The notes beneath the pieces were generated by a model, which worked only from the letters and a program-made list of their open reading frames with translations, made no database searches and had not been told where the DNA came from. A stretch of 64,000 nucleotides of DNA from contig OZ244650.1 of assembly GCA_965218785.1 (NCBI GenBank), forward strand, positions 416,001 through 480,000, read 5' to 3'. Position 1 is the first letter of the stretch, and the number at the start of each line of letters is the position of its first letter. Of this stretch, positions 1-10,435 are shown in pieces. Source of the DNA: Nitrosopumilus sp. (GTDB taxonomy: Archaea > Thermoproteota > Nitrososphaeria > Nitrososphaerales > Nitrosopumilaceae). Position numbers and translations under genes: made by a program.

Positions 1-38
1 ACTAATGAGATAATCTCTTCTTGCGAGGGTTCCTCCAT
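1..38 (-). CDS. 5' end of a gene running off the window (MEEPSQEEIISL...), product not determinable
   Basis: ATG at 38-36 on the minus strand, open to the window edge, divergent from the acetyltransferase across an AT-rich spacer. Confidence 0.45.
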   Translation of the reverse strand, partial: MEEPSQEEIISL

Positions 39-112
39 CTATTTAGGCTGTATCTTTCCATTAAAATGGGTTTATGGTTTAAAATTAAATATTGATACGT
101 CCATCCTATAAT

Positions 113-610
113 ATGCAGGTAATTCTCAGGCAATTAGGTGACTGCGATATCAGGCGGGCAGAACCAAGCGATCTGATTCCAGTAATGGAGATTAATTTAA
201 AGACACTTCCAGAGCATTATTCTGATTACTTTTATGAGAGCCTGCTTGCAGAAATACCGGAGGCCTTTATCATTGCAGAAATCGGCAGAAAACACGTCGG
301 TTATATCATGTGCAAGACCGAGTATGGCTTTTCAAATTTTAAAAAATTGGGATTCGTCAAAAAGGGACACGTCGTATCAATCGCGGTTCTTGATGAGTAC
401 AGAAGGAAGGGAATCGGACGGGGGCTAGTTGAGGAATCCGTCAAGGGTGTAAAACTAAAAAACTGCGATGAATTCTATCTGGAGGTTCGCTGCAGCAATA
501 ATGAGGCCGTACAACTGTATGAAAAGCTGGGATTCGTTATCAGACAGCAGCTGAATTCCTACTATCGAGACGGCGAGGACGCATATCTTATGGCAATTGA
601 ATTAAGCTAG
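113..610 (+). CDS. rimI: Archaeal N-terminal protein acetyltransferase (Ard1/RimI, GNAT)
   Basis: LPEHY, GHVVSIAV..YRRKGIG, LEVR.SN..A..LY, YY.DGEDA motifs; ATG at 113 preferred over the ORF-track start at 92. Confidence 0.92.
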   Translation: MQVILRQLGDCDIRRAEPSDLIPVMEINLKTLPEHYSDYFYESLLAEIPEAFIIAEIGRKHVGYIMCKTEYGFSNFKKLGFVKKGHVVSIAVLDEYRRKGIGRGLVEESVKGVKLKNCDEFYLEVRCSNNEAVQLYEKLGFVIRQQLNSYYRDGEDAYLMAIELS

Positions 611-649
611 GTTCAAACCAATAAATAACTCGCAAAAAAATTCTTTGTC

Positions 650-868
650 ATGAACAAACGTAAAGGAACGGGCATTGTCATTTTCGTACTGTGTATTGGC
701 GGGTTCTTCCTTTATGCATACCTGCTGATGCTTTCTGAATGGAGTCCCATCGTACTGCAGTTGTCTGTTTTGATGATTGCCGGAGGAATACTCGGCGTGG
801 TCGCATGGATTGGATATGTCATGGCAACGACTCGGCCATCGTCTGCATCGATCACATCTGATGATTGA
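650..868 (+). CDS. Small two-TM membrane protein
   Basis: 72 aa, two hydrophobic helices, WIGY.MATT motif. Confidence 0.75.
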   Translation: MNKRKGTGIVIFVLCIGGFFLYAYLLMLSEWSPIVLQLSVLMIAGGILGVVAWIGYVMATTRPSSASITSDD

Positions 869-881
869 ATCTTCTGCAGGA

Positions 882-1718
882 TCACTTGAAAATCCTGACA
901 TCTACTACTGTCTGATAATATCTGGGACCTACGGCCCTGACAATCTTTGAACCGAGGATTTCTGATTTTACCGGTGCGACCTGCAGATAATGCTCTTCTG
1001 AGAGTCTTCCTGCTTCTGATTTTTTATCGGCATGAATATGTGAATAGTAATGTATTGTGCCTCCGTCTTTGGTGGTACTTACTGCGTCTTTTAAAAACAC
1101 ATCTGATCTTTCAGGTAGCAGCATCAACGTCCTGTCTGATTTGTCGACTAGCTGTTCTCTGATGATCTCTGATGCATCGCCATTAACTGAGATAATTTTT
1201 CCAGCAAGCTTGTTTAGTTTGATATTTCTTTCACACAGTTTTGATGCGACAGGATTGATATCGATGCTGTACACGACACACTTTTTCTTTTTTGCAGCCA
1301 TTATGGAGAACATTCCGACTCCTGCAAACATGTTAGTTATTACCTCGTCGTCCTGAACCATGTCTGAAATCCTTTCTCTTTCCGTAGACAGGCGGGGCGA
1401 AAAAAACGCATTTTCCACGTCTACTGCGAACCTGCAGCCAAATTCCTTGTATTCTGTTTCGGTACTGTCTTTGCCTGCAATGATCTCCAAATCCCGCGTA
1501 CGAAAATCCCCCTCCACAGCAGAGGCCTGATAAAACACACTTTTGGCTATTTTTACCTCATTTAACAGGGTCTGGCCGATGATTTTTTTCTTTGATAAAA
1601 GCGAATCGGGAATTCTTACTATTATTATCTCACCTATCTGATCAAAGGCGGCAATCAACTCGTCACTTTCTTTTGATGTAAGGATATCCTCCAGTGATTT
1701 TTTTAACATTTTGGCCAT
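882..1718 (-). CDS. Trm5/TYW2-family tRNA-modifying SAM-dependent transferase
   Basis: FDQIG, FFSPRLSTER, MFAGVG, DINP motifs of the Met10+/Trm5 family. Confidence 0.85.
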   Translation of the reverse strand: MAKMLKKSLEDILTSKESDELIAAFDQIGEIIIVRIPDSLLSKKKIIGQTLLNEVKIAKSVFYQASAVEGDFRTRDLEIIAGKDSTETEYKEFGCRFAVDVENAFFSPRLSTERERISDMVQDDEVITNMFAGVGMFSIMAAKKKKCVVYSIDINPVASKLCERNIKLNKLAGKIISVNGDASEIIREQLVDKSDRTLMLLPERSDVFLKDAVSTTKDGGTIHYYSHIHADKKSEAGRLSEEHYLQVAPVKSEILGSKIVRAVGPRYYQTVVDVRIFK

Positions 1719-1861
1719 TCTTTGTAATAGAAATCATGTCAAATCTGTTTTATATGTAATTATTTTCTAAAACAAAAGATCCAACACGCTTCAAGTGGAC
1801 TGGGATATCCCACCAAACCAATACAACAAAACAGTTAATTTCACAAGTCTCAAGAATAATT

Positions 1862-3490
1862 ATGAATCCGGGAATTATTTTTACAATATCCCTTGTTTTG
1901 TTTCTGCCACTATCTGTTCTTGCTCAAAGCCCCCTGCCTTTGGAGGAACCACTAGGTGATATGGAAAAATGCCCTCCTGTTGGGGAAATCTCTAACATGG
2001 AACTCTCATACAGGACAGGTTTTACAAAACTGTTTGAAGAATACAAAACAAGCCAGGGATTTGAAGAATATATCGGGAAGGTTGACTATCAAAAATCCCA
2101 GGATGCGACCGCATTTGCAAGCTCGATAACATCCTCTGAGGAGTTTGCAGTGTTTTATTCAGACACCAATCTGACACCTGAAGAAGAAAAATTAATGATT
2201 CAGATTTCAGCAAAATATCTTGAATTTCTCCGTGATGGAAAAAGCCAACTTTCATCATACACAAAGACTGATTATTCCGAAAAGAAAAACGAGATTGACG
2301 CAGTTCCGGTGCAGGATTCCGGGCTTACAATGTGTGGCGAAGATAAGATGATAGGGCTAGAAGAGTTGGAAAAATCCAGAGATTTACAGAAATTTGCAAT
2401 AAAACAGCTAGTTGATCCCATAATTGCAGATTGGGAAAAAAATCTGGAATTAAAACAAAGTAAATTTCCAGCAGAATTCCCAAAGGAACAACTGGCCTCA
2501 TCTGCAGATATTATAACAGATGAAATCGGTCTCAAGAAAGGGGACTGGGTAAAATACAAGGTGGACATATCTGGCAATGGATCATTTGGAATAGTAAATA
2601 CGCTGAAAAGCAATTATGAATTCGCTGAGATTGGATGTGTTTTTTCAGATGTAGAATGGAATAAATTCGAAATTATCGAAACGGACAACAATAATCCCAC
2701 GATTAAGAGTTCAATCTTTTGTAATGGAGAAGAACATGAACATCCTCTGGCAAATGACTCGTTTACTTTTATCCAGTACTTTATTCCCATTAATGTCAAG
2801 ATTGGTGATATCTTTACAGACGCTGATAATGAATATGAGGTGGTGGGATTTGAAACTGCCTACTTTGATGACAAAGAAATAGACGTGATCAAGCTGCATT
2901 CTGAACAAATAGAGTTGTATGATAATGACGGTAAAATGAAGATAACTGATGAATCACTTTTTGAAAAAAACAGCGGATTGCTACTTGAAAAAAGCACCAG
3001 CATGGAGGCAACTAACATGCCCTTTTTTGGAGACATGTCAGTATCTGTAAAATTGGATGCAGTTGATTATAACATACCAAGAACAGATCCCGGCCAGTCA
3101 TCAGAATATCCTGGAGGCAGCTGTCTTGTCGCTACTGCAACATATGGCTCGGAACTAGCACCCCAGGTACAGCAGCTGCGAGAACTGCGGGATAATTCAT
3201 TACTTCAAACAGAATCAGGAACATTATTTATGAAATACTTTAATGATTTCTACTACTCATTTAGTCCCGTAATTGCAGATTATGAGCGTGAAAATCCGGT
3301 ATTTCGTGAGGCAGTAAAGATTGCAATCACTCCGATGATCGCCTCCATGTCGATTTTAGAGCCTGCTGATATGGATTCTGAAGCAAAGGTTTTGGGATAT
3401 GGCATTTCATTGATTATCCTAAATGTGATGATGTATGCTGGAATTCCCGCGATTGTTATTGTGGGAATCAAGAAGAGAATCCCCCGTTGA
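1862..3490 (+). CDS. Secreted surface protein with C-terminal CFI-box-CTERM domain
   Basis: Signal peptide; C-terminal GGSCLVATATYGSELAPQVQQLRELRD...FYYSFSP followed by a TM helix and basic tail. Confidence 0.85.
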   Translation: MNPGIIFTISLVLFLPLSVLAQSPLPLEEPLGDMEKCPPVGEISNMELSYRTGFTKLFEEYKTSQGFEEYIGKVDYQKSQDATAFASSITSSEEFAVFYSDTNLTPEEEKLMIQISAKYLEFLRDGKSQLSSYTKTDYSEKKNEIDAVPVQDSGLTMCGEDKMIGLEELEKSRDLQKFAIKQLVDPIIADWEKNLELKQSKFPAEFPKEQLASSADIITDEIGLKKGDWVKYKVDISGNGSFGIVNTLKSNYEFAEIGCVFSDVEWNKFEIIETDNNNPTIKSSIFCNGEEHEHPLANDSFTFIQYFIPINVKIGDIFTDADNEYEVVGFETAYFDDKEIDVIKLHSEQIELYDNDGKMKITDESLFEKNSGLLLEKSTSMEATNMPFFGDMSVSVKLDAVDYNIPRTDPGQSSEYPGGSCLVATATYGSELAPQVQQLRELRDNSLLQTESGTLFMKYFNDFYYSFSPVIADYERENPVFREAVKIAITPMIASMSILEPADMDSEAKVLGYGISLIILNVMMYAGIPAIVIVGIKKRIPR

Positions 3491-3650
3491 TGGAACTGCT
3501 CTTAAATACTGAAATAAATCAATCTTTGTTGATTACATCCTAAATCATGCAATATCGCCTAAATCTTAAATGCACAAAACAAGACAAACTACTCTATAAA
3601 GAAAACTTACATTCCATCTCCAGATAACCATGGGATCTCTCAAGGAGAAT

Positions 3651-5438
3651 TTACTCTTTGTAATAGAAATTTCCAGAAGACTTTTGAGTCTTGTCCATCC
3701 TGCTTTCCAGTTTGTTTACACGTGGCCTGAGACTTCTTTCATCCCTTCTAAATGACATGTCAAGTGATCTTAGGAACCTGTTCATGGCATCAGCTTTTGG
3801 CATCGGCGATGTGGCATGACCTGCAGTACCAGGTTCCCCCTCAAATATTACCATCGTATCAGAAACCAAATCCATCAGCTGTAAATCATGATCAATTACT
3901 ATTGCCGATTTTTCAAAGGAACGGACAAACTTTTGCAGGAATTTTGCAACTGCAATCCTGTCCTCCACATCCAAGAATGCCGAAGGCTCATCTAGGGCGT
4001 ACAGATCCACCTTCTGCAGCAGGCATGATGCAACTGCCACCTTTTGCAGTTCCCCTCCGGAAAGATTCTTGACAGATTTGTTGTAGAGCCTCTTAATTTT
4101 CAACGGATTTAGTATCTGTTCTTCTTCAAGACTTCCCTCGACTGGACTGCCGTTTGCCTTATCCAGCATTGATACGACCTCGACATCAATATCATTTTGG
4201 AGATACTGCGGCTTGTATGCTATCTTTATTTTCTTATCCACGCCCCCCGCATCTGGTTTTTCAACACCTGCAATCATTTTCATCATGGTGGTCTTTCCAA
4301 GCGCGTTTGCCCCCATTATTCCTAAAACCTCGCCTTTTCTCACTCTTCCTGGATCGATTGCCACTGAAAATGATCTGTATCTCTTCTCCAGTCTTGGATA
4401 TGTTACAACGTCACTGCCCTTTTGAAATATGTCCGTAGATGAGGAGGAGACATCAAAGGAGAACTTTTTGTCCCTGAACCTGACATTCTCTGTCGGCAGA
4501 TATCCATCAAGAAAAACGTTGATTCCAACCTTGGTGGACAGAACACTTGAGACAATTCCATATGCGGCAGGCTCCCCATACAACACTTCGATATAATCAC
4601 TGAGAAAATCAAGTAATGTCAGATCATGTTCAACTACCATCACACTTTTTCCAATCTTTGCCAGGCCCTGTATTACGCGGGCGACTCCTATTCTTTGAAA
4701 GACGTCATTGTATGATGACGGTTCGTCAAAAAAGTAAAACTCTGTATCCTTTGATGCGGCAGCAGCTACTGCAATCCTCTGCAACTCCCCCCCGCTTAAC
4801 TCCTTCAAGTTCTGCTCCATGGAATTCTCCAATCCCAGCTCCCTTACTAGTTCCTTGGAAACGCCTCTCTGATCATATTTGTCGATTAACTCCTTTCCTG
4901 TTCCATCAAATGCCTGTGCAATATGATGGACCTGCTGCGGTTTTATTGAAGCATGAATCTGCTTTTGTTTAATTTTTTCAAAATGTTGTTTGAGCTCGGT
5001 TCCGCTATAATGTTTTAAGATCTCATCCCACTCTGGCGGATCCTCATATCTTCCAAGATTTGGTTTAAGATTTCCCGACAGTATGCTGACAACGGTGCTT
5101 TTTCCCATTCCATTTCTTCCCAGCAATCCTACAACCTCGCCTTTTTTCGGGGTGGGCAACTTGTATAATCGGAATGAATTCTGCCCATACTGGTGAATTT
5201 TGTCCGTGGCCAGCTCACTTGCCAGATTTACAATGGTTATTGCATCAAACGGACATACCTTGACACATATTCCGCAGCCATTACAGATATCCTCGTCGAT
5301 CTGGGCCTTGTTTGTCTCTTCATTTAAAACGATACAGTCTGCCCCTGATTTGTTGACTGGGCAGTATTTTATGCATTCCAAACCACATTTTTTTGGCTGG
5401 CATAAATCCTGATCCAATACAGAAACCCTGTGTGTCAT
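3651..5438 (-). CDS. rli1: Ribosome recycling ATPase ABCE1/Rli1
   Basis: N-terminal 2x[4Fe-4S] Cys motifs; two ABC domains (GRNGMGKS, GANALGKT, LSGGELQ); RPRVNK tail. Confidence 0.97.
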   Translation of the reverse strand: MTHRVSVLDQDLCQPKKCGLECIKYCPVNKSGADCIVLNEETNKAQIDEDICNGCGICVKVCPFDAITIVNLASELATDKIHQYGQNSFRLYKLPTPKKGEVVGLLGRNGMGKSTVVSILSGNLKPNLGRYEDPPEWDEILKHYSGTELKQHFEKIKQKQIHASIKPQQVHHIAQAFDGTGKELIDKYDQRGVSKELVRELGLENSMEQNLKELSGGELQRIAVAAAASKDTEFYFFDEPSSYNDVFQRIGVARVIQGLAKIGKSVMVVEHDLTLLDFLSDYIEVLYGEPAAYGIVSSVLSTKVGINVFLDGYLPTENVRFRDKKFSFDVSSSSTDIFQKGSDVVTYPRLEKRYRSFSVAIDPGRVRKGEVLGIMGANALGKTTMMKMIAGVEKPDAGGVDKKIKIAYKPQYLQNDIDVEVVSMLDKANGSPVEGSLEEEQILNPLKIKRLYNKSVKNLSGGELQKVAVASCLLQKVDLYALDEPSAFLDVEDRIAVAKFLQKFVRSFEKSAIVIDHDLQLMDLVSDTMVIFEGEPGTAGHATSPMPKADAMNRFLRSLDMSFRRDERSLRPRVNKLESRMDKTQKSSGNFYYKE

Positions 5439-5532
5439 GTCGTAGTTCGGTATTTTCTTTGCTTTATACCTATTTTGGGCGCTAAAATCCCAGCGTTACG
5501 TTAATAGATGAGAATCTGGCATCAATCTACAA

Positions 5533-5646
5533 GCCGGCCATAGCGTCAGGGTGCGACCCAATCCCATTCCGAACTTGGAAGTCAAACCTGACGTCGCTGT
5601 TGTGCTACTAAGATGCGAGAGCCCTTGGGAAGCAACAGTGCTGGCA
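5533..5646 (+). rRNA. rrf: 5S rRNA (stand-alone)
   Basis: GCCGGCCATAGC...CCCATTCCGAAC..GGAAGTCAA...GTGCTGGCA; terminal helix I pairs; TATA-like TTAATA about 30 nt upstream and a T-run downstream. Confidence 0.93.
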
Positions 5647-5703
5647 TTTTCAATCAATCAATCAATCTTTTAATATCCAGTTAGTTTGGTTGATGTAATT
5701 CCA

Positions 5704-5832
5704 ATGCCTAACTGTTCTGTTTGTGGAGAGTCATGCGACAATGACATCCGGCTGCTAAATCATCTGATGGAGAAACACGGCTGGAGAAATCCCAATATCG
5801 CCAAACCTGATAGAAACAGCAGGGGATACTGA
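5704..5832 (+). CDS. 42-aa C2H2 zinc-finger micro-protein (not in ORF track)
   Basis: Hand translation MPNCSVCGESCDNDIRLLNHLMEKHGWRNPNIAKPDRNSRGY*, giving C-x2-C-x12-H-x4-H; TTTAATA about 30 nt upstream. Confidence 0.7.
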   Translation: MPNCSVCGESCDNDIRLLNHLMEKHGWRNPNIAKPDRNSRGY

Positions 5833-5834
5833 TT

Positions 5835-7307
5835 TTACAGATTCTGCAGATAATCCAGGATCAGCCTTACACCAAAACCCGTAGCCCCCTTTGGATTGTA
5901 TGATTTTTCCTTGGTAGATGCCTGCGTCCATGCAACTCCGGCAATATCGATATGAACCCACGGGGTTTCTTTGATGGCATTTTTCAAAAACGCCGCAGCT
6001 GTAATGGTTCCTGCCGCCCTGCCTATTCCGACATTTTTCATGTCTGCAACATCTGATTTTATCATGTCCATATAGTCCTGATTCAGCGGAAGCTCCCAAA
6101 CCTCTTCTGTGGTTCTATCTGATGATTCACTGATCCTCTTTGCCAGTCTTTGATTGTTTGAAACCATTCCTGCAACATTGGTGCCAAGTGCTACGATGCA
6201 TGCCCCAGTCAGGGTCGCAAAATCGATTATTGCTTTTGGTGAATAGCGGCTTTCCCCGTATGCCAGTGCGTCAGCTAAAATCAGCCTGCCCTCAGCATCC
6301 GTATTTAGAATCTCTGCCGTCTTTTTATTATACAACCTTATGATGTCCCCCGGTCTGTATGATTCCCCGCCTGGCATATTCTCCACTGATGGAATTATTC
6401 CAACTACGTTGACTGGCAGTTTTAATTCAGAAACTGCCTTCATTATTCCAAGAACCGTACAGCCGCCACATTTGTCAAACTTCATCTCATCCATTCTTTC
6501 TCCGGGTTTTAATGAAATTCCCCCCGTGTCAAATGTCACTGCCTTGCCAACTAGGACGACGGGCTTTTCGCTTTTTGGTCCACGATTATATTCCATGATA
6601 ATTAACTTGGGTTCATTTTTACTGCCCTTCCCTACTGCCGTAATCCCGCCAAAGCCACGCTTCCTTAATTCGGATTTGGAAATTACGCTGCATTTTATGC
6701 CGTTCTTTTTGGAGATAGCCCTTGCAAAGTTTGCCAGCGTGACTGGCGTACATTCGTTTGGAGGCAGATTGGCAATACTTTTGGTAAATATTGCGCCTTC
6801 TGCGACGATCTGAGCTGTTCTGAGCGCCCGTGTGGTATTACTTGATTTGGCAGCTATGACTGTCAGTTCAGGAGAACTGTCAGTTTTTTCTGCCTTGAAC
6901 TTGTCAAATTTGTATAGTGCCATTTTGCAGCCCTCTACAATCTGACTGATTGATGAAATCTGCCCAGCTACAAAACTCGGAGGCGCTATTATTGAAAATT
7001 CATCCAGCCTCAACTCTCTTGCCTTTTGTGCAATCCTGCCTGAAACAGATCTGACTGTATCTCCTGTCATCTCTTCTTTCTTCCCCAGTCCTGCAAGCAG
7101 AACTCTTTTTGCTGGATTTTTTCCTGTAATTGGAATTACGGTTAATCTCCCCCGTTTGCCTTCCATGTCTTTTAGGGACTGGCCGATTGCAACTGATGCG
7201 GCAGCGTCAAATTTTTCCAGTCCCAGAACCCTGTTTGAACCTTCTAGTACAAATCCGCACAAAAGCTGTGTCTTCTTTTTTGTGGAACTCTGGGTTTTTA
7301 CCCTCAT
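5835..7307 (-). CDS. pepA: Leucyl aminopeptidase (M17)
   Basis: GKAVTFDTGG, MKFDK, NTDAEGRL, ATLTGA, WVHIDIAG. Confidence 0.95.
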   Translation of the reverse strand: MRVKTQSSTKKKTQLLCGFVLEGSNRVLGLEKFDAAASVAIGQSLKDMEGKRGRLTVIPITGKNPAKRVLLAGLGKKEEMTGDTVRSVSGRIAQKARELRLDEFSIIAPPSFVAGQISSISQIVEGCKMALYKFDKFKAEKTDSSPELTVIAAKSSNTTRALRTAQIVAEGAIFTKSIANLPPNECTPVTLANFARAISKKNGIKCSVISKSELRKRGFGGITAVGKGSKNEPKLIIMEYNRGPKSEKPVVLVGKAVTFDTGGISLKPGERMDEMKFDKCGGCTVLGIMKAVSELKLPVNVVGIIPSVENMPGGESYRPGDIIRLYNKKTAEILNTDAEGRLILADALAYGESRYSPKAIIDFATLTGACIVALGTNVAGMVSNNQRLAKRISESSDRTTEEVWELPLNQDYMDMIKSDVADMKNVGIGRAAGTITAAAFLKNAIKETPWVHIDIAGVAWTQASTKEKSYNPKGATGFGVRLILDYLQNL

Positions 7308-7340
7308 GCCAAGTCTACATCCAAGTGTTATTTAGATTTA

Positions 7341-7721
7341 CTAGAGATCTATTTTTCTGCTATTTGTGAGCAGGCTGGATGATCTCATAAATACTGCCTT
7401 TACAGTCTTGCATTCCTTGCCGCAATCCTCATCATCCATATTTACAACCGGTAATCCTGCTGTTTTTTTAGACAAAATTGACCTTGCCAACGGAATTAAC
7501 GCCGCCCTGCCTCCATATGCCGCTTTCTTATCTACAAACCAGAACATCTCCAAAGCAGACTCGTCTAGTATCTCGTCTCTGATCTTTTTGCCAAGTTCTG
7601 AATAATGCCCCACCATCGCAATCCTGTCTCTGGCAAGAAAACCTACGAATCTTGCAAATTTCATGCACAGGTAACACTGATTGTCAAAAACCACGATCGG
7701 GGTAATCTCTTTTATTTCCAC
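7341..7721 (-). CDS. DCC1-like thiol-disulfide oxidoreductase family protein
   Basis: N-terminal VVFDxxCYLC (D-x2-C-x2-C) motif. Confidence 0.7.
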   Translation of the reverse strand: MEIKEITPIVVFDNQCYLCMKFARFVGFLARDRIAMVGHYSELGKKIRDEILDESALEMFWFVDKKAAYGGRAALIPLARSILSKKTAGLPVVNMDDEDCGKECKTVKAVFMRSSSLLTNSRKIDL

Positions 7722-7797
7722 GATATCTCACAGCAGCGATCAAATTAAAATTTTACAGAAATAGATTTTTATTCAATTTACAAGGACAACGATCAAG

Positions 7798-9468
7798 ATG
7801 GGGCTTAACTATTATCAAACCAAGAAAAACATCCTTCGAGCCCGTAAACTAGTCATCAGGGGGACAAATACTGCCGGTTCTGGCCATCCTGGGGGCTCTT
7901 TTTCCATGGCCGAGATTCTGGGCTGTTTATTTGGAAAGCATCTGAAATTTGACCCCAAAAACCCCCAGTGGGAGGACAGGGATCGTCTGGTTTTATCCAA
8001 GGGCCATGCGGCACCTGGACTGTTTTCCAATATGGCAGTCGCAGGATACTTTCCAGAATCTGATATTGAGACTCTGAGAAAATTTGGCAGTAAATTACAG
8101 GGACATCCTGATCTAAAGTGTCCCGGTGTGGAATTTTGCGGAGGCTCTCTGGGTACCGGATTGTCCTTTTCTATAGGAATTGCACTTGCTGGCAGGCTTG
8201 ACTCAAAGGACTATCATGTGTATACTGTCATAGGTGATGGCGAGTCTAACGAGGGGCAGATTTGGGAGGCTGCAATGACGGCTTCAAAATACAAGGTTGA
8301 CAATCTCACCGTCTTTCTTGATAGAAACTTCATTCAACAGGATTCATACACTGAAAAGATAATGCCTCTGGATGAAAAATTAGAAGGCGATGATCTCTCT
8401 GAAATGTGGAGGGACGCATCCCGCTGGAGAACAGGTGATAAGTGGAGATCATTTGGCTGGAACGTACTTGAAATTGACGGACATAGGATTGAACAAATTG
8501 ACGCTGCAATTGCAAAGGCAAACACAGTCAAGGGAGTGCCGACTATGATAATATCCCGTACAATCAAAGGCAAATCCATAGAACACATGGAAGACAATCC
8601 ACAGTGGCATGGAAAGGCGCCGGATTCTGACGTGGTTCCAATAATTAATCTCGAGCTAGATTCGCAATTTATGATTGCCCCGTCCATAATTGCCGGTGAC
8701 ATGACAAACCTGGAAAATGAAGTTAAAAGATGCGTCTCTGGCAGGGCCGATTACATTCATCTTGATGTGATGGACGGTCAATTTGTCCCAGACAAAACCT
8801 TTGATCATGCGAAAATCAAGGAACTGCGATCCCTTACTGTGATCCCCTTTGATTCCCATCTGATGATAAACGAACCCGTAAGACATGTCAGGGACTATGT
8901 TGATGCAGGCAGTGACATCATTACAGTACATGCCGAAGTAACTGATGAATCCAGTTTTGGAGAGATTCATGACATACTAAAACAAAACCAAGTCGGCATC
9001 GGATTTGCGATAAATCCTGACACTGATCTGCCTTTATGGTCATACAAATTCCTAGACTCCATTGATCAACTAATCGTCATGTCCGTCGTGCCTGGAAGAT
9101 CCGGTCAAAAATACATTGAAGAGACACATGCAAAAATGGCCAGACTAGATTCGATTCTAAAAGAGCATAATTTTTCAGGCTGTATCGAGGCTGACGGCGG
9201 TGTAAATCTTGAAAATATAGGCTCTATATTTGCCGATGGTGCCCGTGCGTTTGTTGGAGGCGGTGCCATTATAGGACAGCAGGATGTCCGGATGGCAATC
9301 AAGGATTTCAGATCCGAGGTTTTAAAATCCAGAAGACGCATCCTACTTGATTTGGCCGATGAGCTGGGGGGAATAGATTTGGTAAACAAATGGATTAGTC
9401 TGCATGTCGTAGGGGCAAAACAAGAACAAATCAAAAAGATTGCACAGGAGGCAGGATACATTGAGTGA
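7798..9468 (+). CDS. Transketolase N-terminal subunit fused to ribulose-phosphate 3-epimerase
   Basis: SGHPGG, LSKGH, GDGE..EG TPP motif, WHG; then IAPSI, HLDVMDG.FV, HLM, VMSV.PG.SGQ, EADGG of RPE. Confidence 0.92.
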   Translation: MGLNYYQTKKNILRARKLVIRGTNTAGSGHPGGSFSMAEILGCLFGKHLKFDPKNPQWEDRDRLVLSKGHAAPGLFSNMAVAGYFPESDIETLRKFGSKLQGHPDLKCPGVEFCGGSLGTGLSFSIGIALAGRLDSKDYHVYTVIGDGESNEGQIWEAAMTASKYKVDNLTVFLDRNFIQQDSYTEKIMPLDEKLEGDDLSEMWRDASRWRTGDKWRSFGWNVLEIDGHRIEQIDAAIAKANTVKGVPTMIISRTIKGKSIEHMEDNPQWHGKAPDSDVVPIINLELDSQFMIAPSIIAGDMTNLENEVKRCVSGRADYIHLDVMDGQFVPDKTFDHAKIKELRSLTVIPFDSHLMINEPVRHVRDYVDAGSDIITVHAEVTDESSFGEIHDILKQNQVGIGFAINPDTDLPLWSYKFLDSIDQLIVMSVVPGRSGQKYIEETHAKMARLDSILKEHNFSGCIEADGGVNLENIGSIFADGARAFVGGGAIIGQQDVRMAIKDFRSEVLKSRRRILLDLADELGGIDLVNKWISLHVVGAKQEQIKKIAQEAGYIE

Positions 9469-10435
9469 GCCGGTAATGACTGATATGCGTTCAGAATATT
9501 CCAAATCCCTGATTCAGATAGGAGGGGAGAATCCAGACGTCGTAGTCTTGGGTGCTGATACTACTGACTCCCTGAAGACTTCGGGTTTTGGCAGGAAATT
9601 TCCTGACAGGTTCTTTAATGTGGGCATCGCCGAAGGAAACCTGGTTACCGTTTCTGCCGGATTGGCAGCTTCAGGAAAGGTTTCCTTTGCAAGTACTTAT
9701 GCGATATTTCTGCCGGGAAGGGCAGTCGATCAAATTCGGAATAACATTGCATATCCGTCACCGCCTGGAAGAAACGGCCTTAATGTAAAATTAGTCGTCT
9801 CCCATGGCGGATTATCAGTCGGACCTGATGGCGGCTCACACCAGCAGCTTGAAGATATAGCAATAATGAGGGCGATTCCAAACTTCCGGGTGTTCATTCC
9901 AGCTGATACGGTTGCCGTCTCTAGACTGACACGTCTGATGGCAGATGAGTATGGCCCGTTTTACATGAGGATGGCAAGATCCAAGACCCCGCTGATCCAT
10001 TTGGAATCCCAGGATTTCCGGATTGGCAGGGGCATCACATTAAGGGATGGCTCTGATTGCACGATTGCCGCATGTGGAATTACAGTTGGGATGGCCCTAG
10101 AAGCGGCCGAATTACTACAACGGGAGGGGATCTCATGCAGGGTCTTGGACATGTTTTCAATAAAGCCAATTGACAATGAACTTTTAGAAAAGGCCGCAAG
10201 GGAGACGGGTTGCATGGTTACCGCTGAGGAACATAATGTTTTCGGAGGCATGGGCTCTGCAGTTGCAGAATCGGTTTCCGAATCATATCCCGTGCCGATA
10301 AAACGAATCGGCGTCCAGGATATGTTCGGAGAATCTGCCCGGGATGACGAAATTTCACTATTGCTAGAAAAGCATGGCATAACATCCTTTAATATGGTAA
10401 AACAAGTCAAAGAACTTGGGAGCAAAAAACTATGA
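9461..10435 (+). CDS. Transketolase C-terminal subunit
   Basis: FNVGIAE, GPDGGSHQ, EEHNVFGGMG; start overlaps the upstream stop. Confidence 0.93.
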   Translation: MSEPVMTDMRSEYSKSLIQIGGENPDVVVLGADTTDSLKTSGFGRKFPDRFFNVGIAEGNLVTVSAGLAASGKVSFASTYAIFLPGRAVDQIRNNIAYPSPPGRNGLNVKLVVSHGGLSVGPDGGSHQQLEDIAIMRAIPNFRVFIPADTVAVSRLTRLMADEYGPFYMRMARSKTPLIHLESQDFRIGRGITLRDGSDCTIAACGITVGMALEAAELLQREGISCRVLDMFSIKPIDNELLEKAARETGCMVTAEEHNVFGGMGSAVAESVSESYPVPIKRIGVQDMFGESARDDEISLLLEKHGITSFNMVKQVKELGSKKL

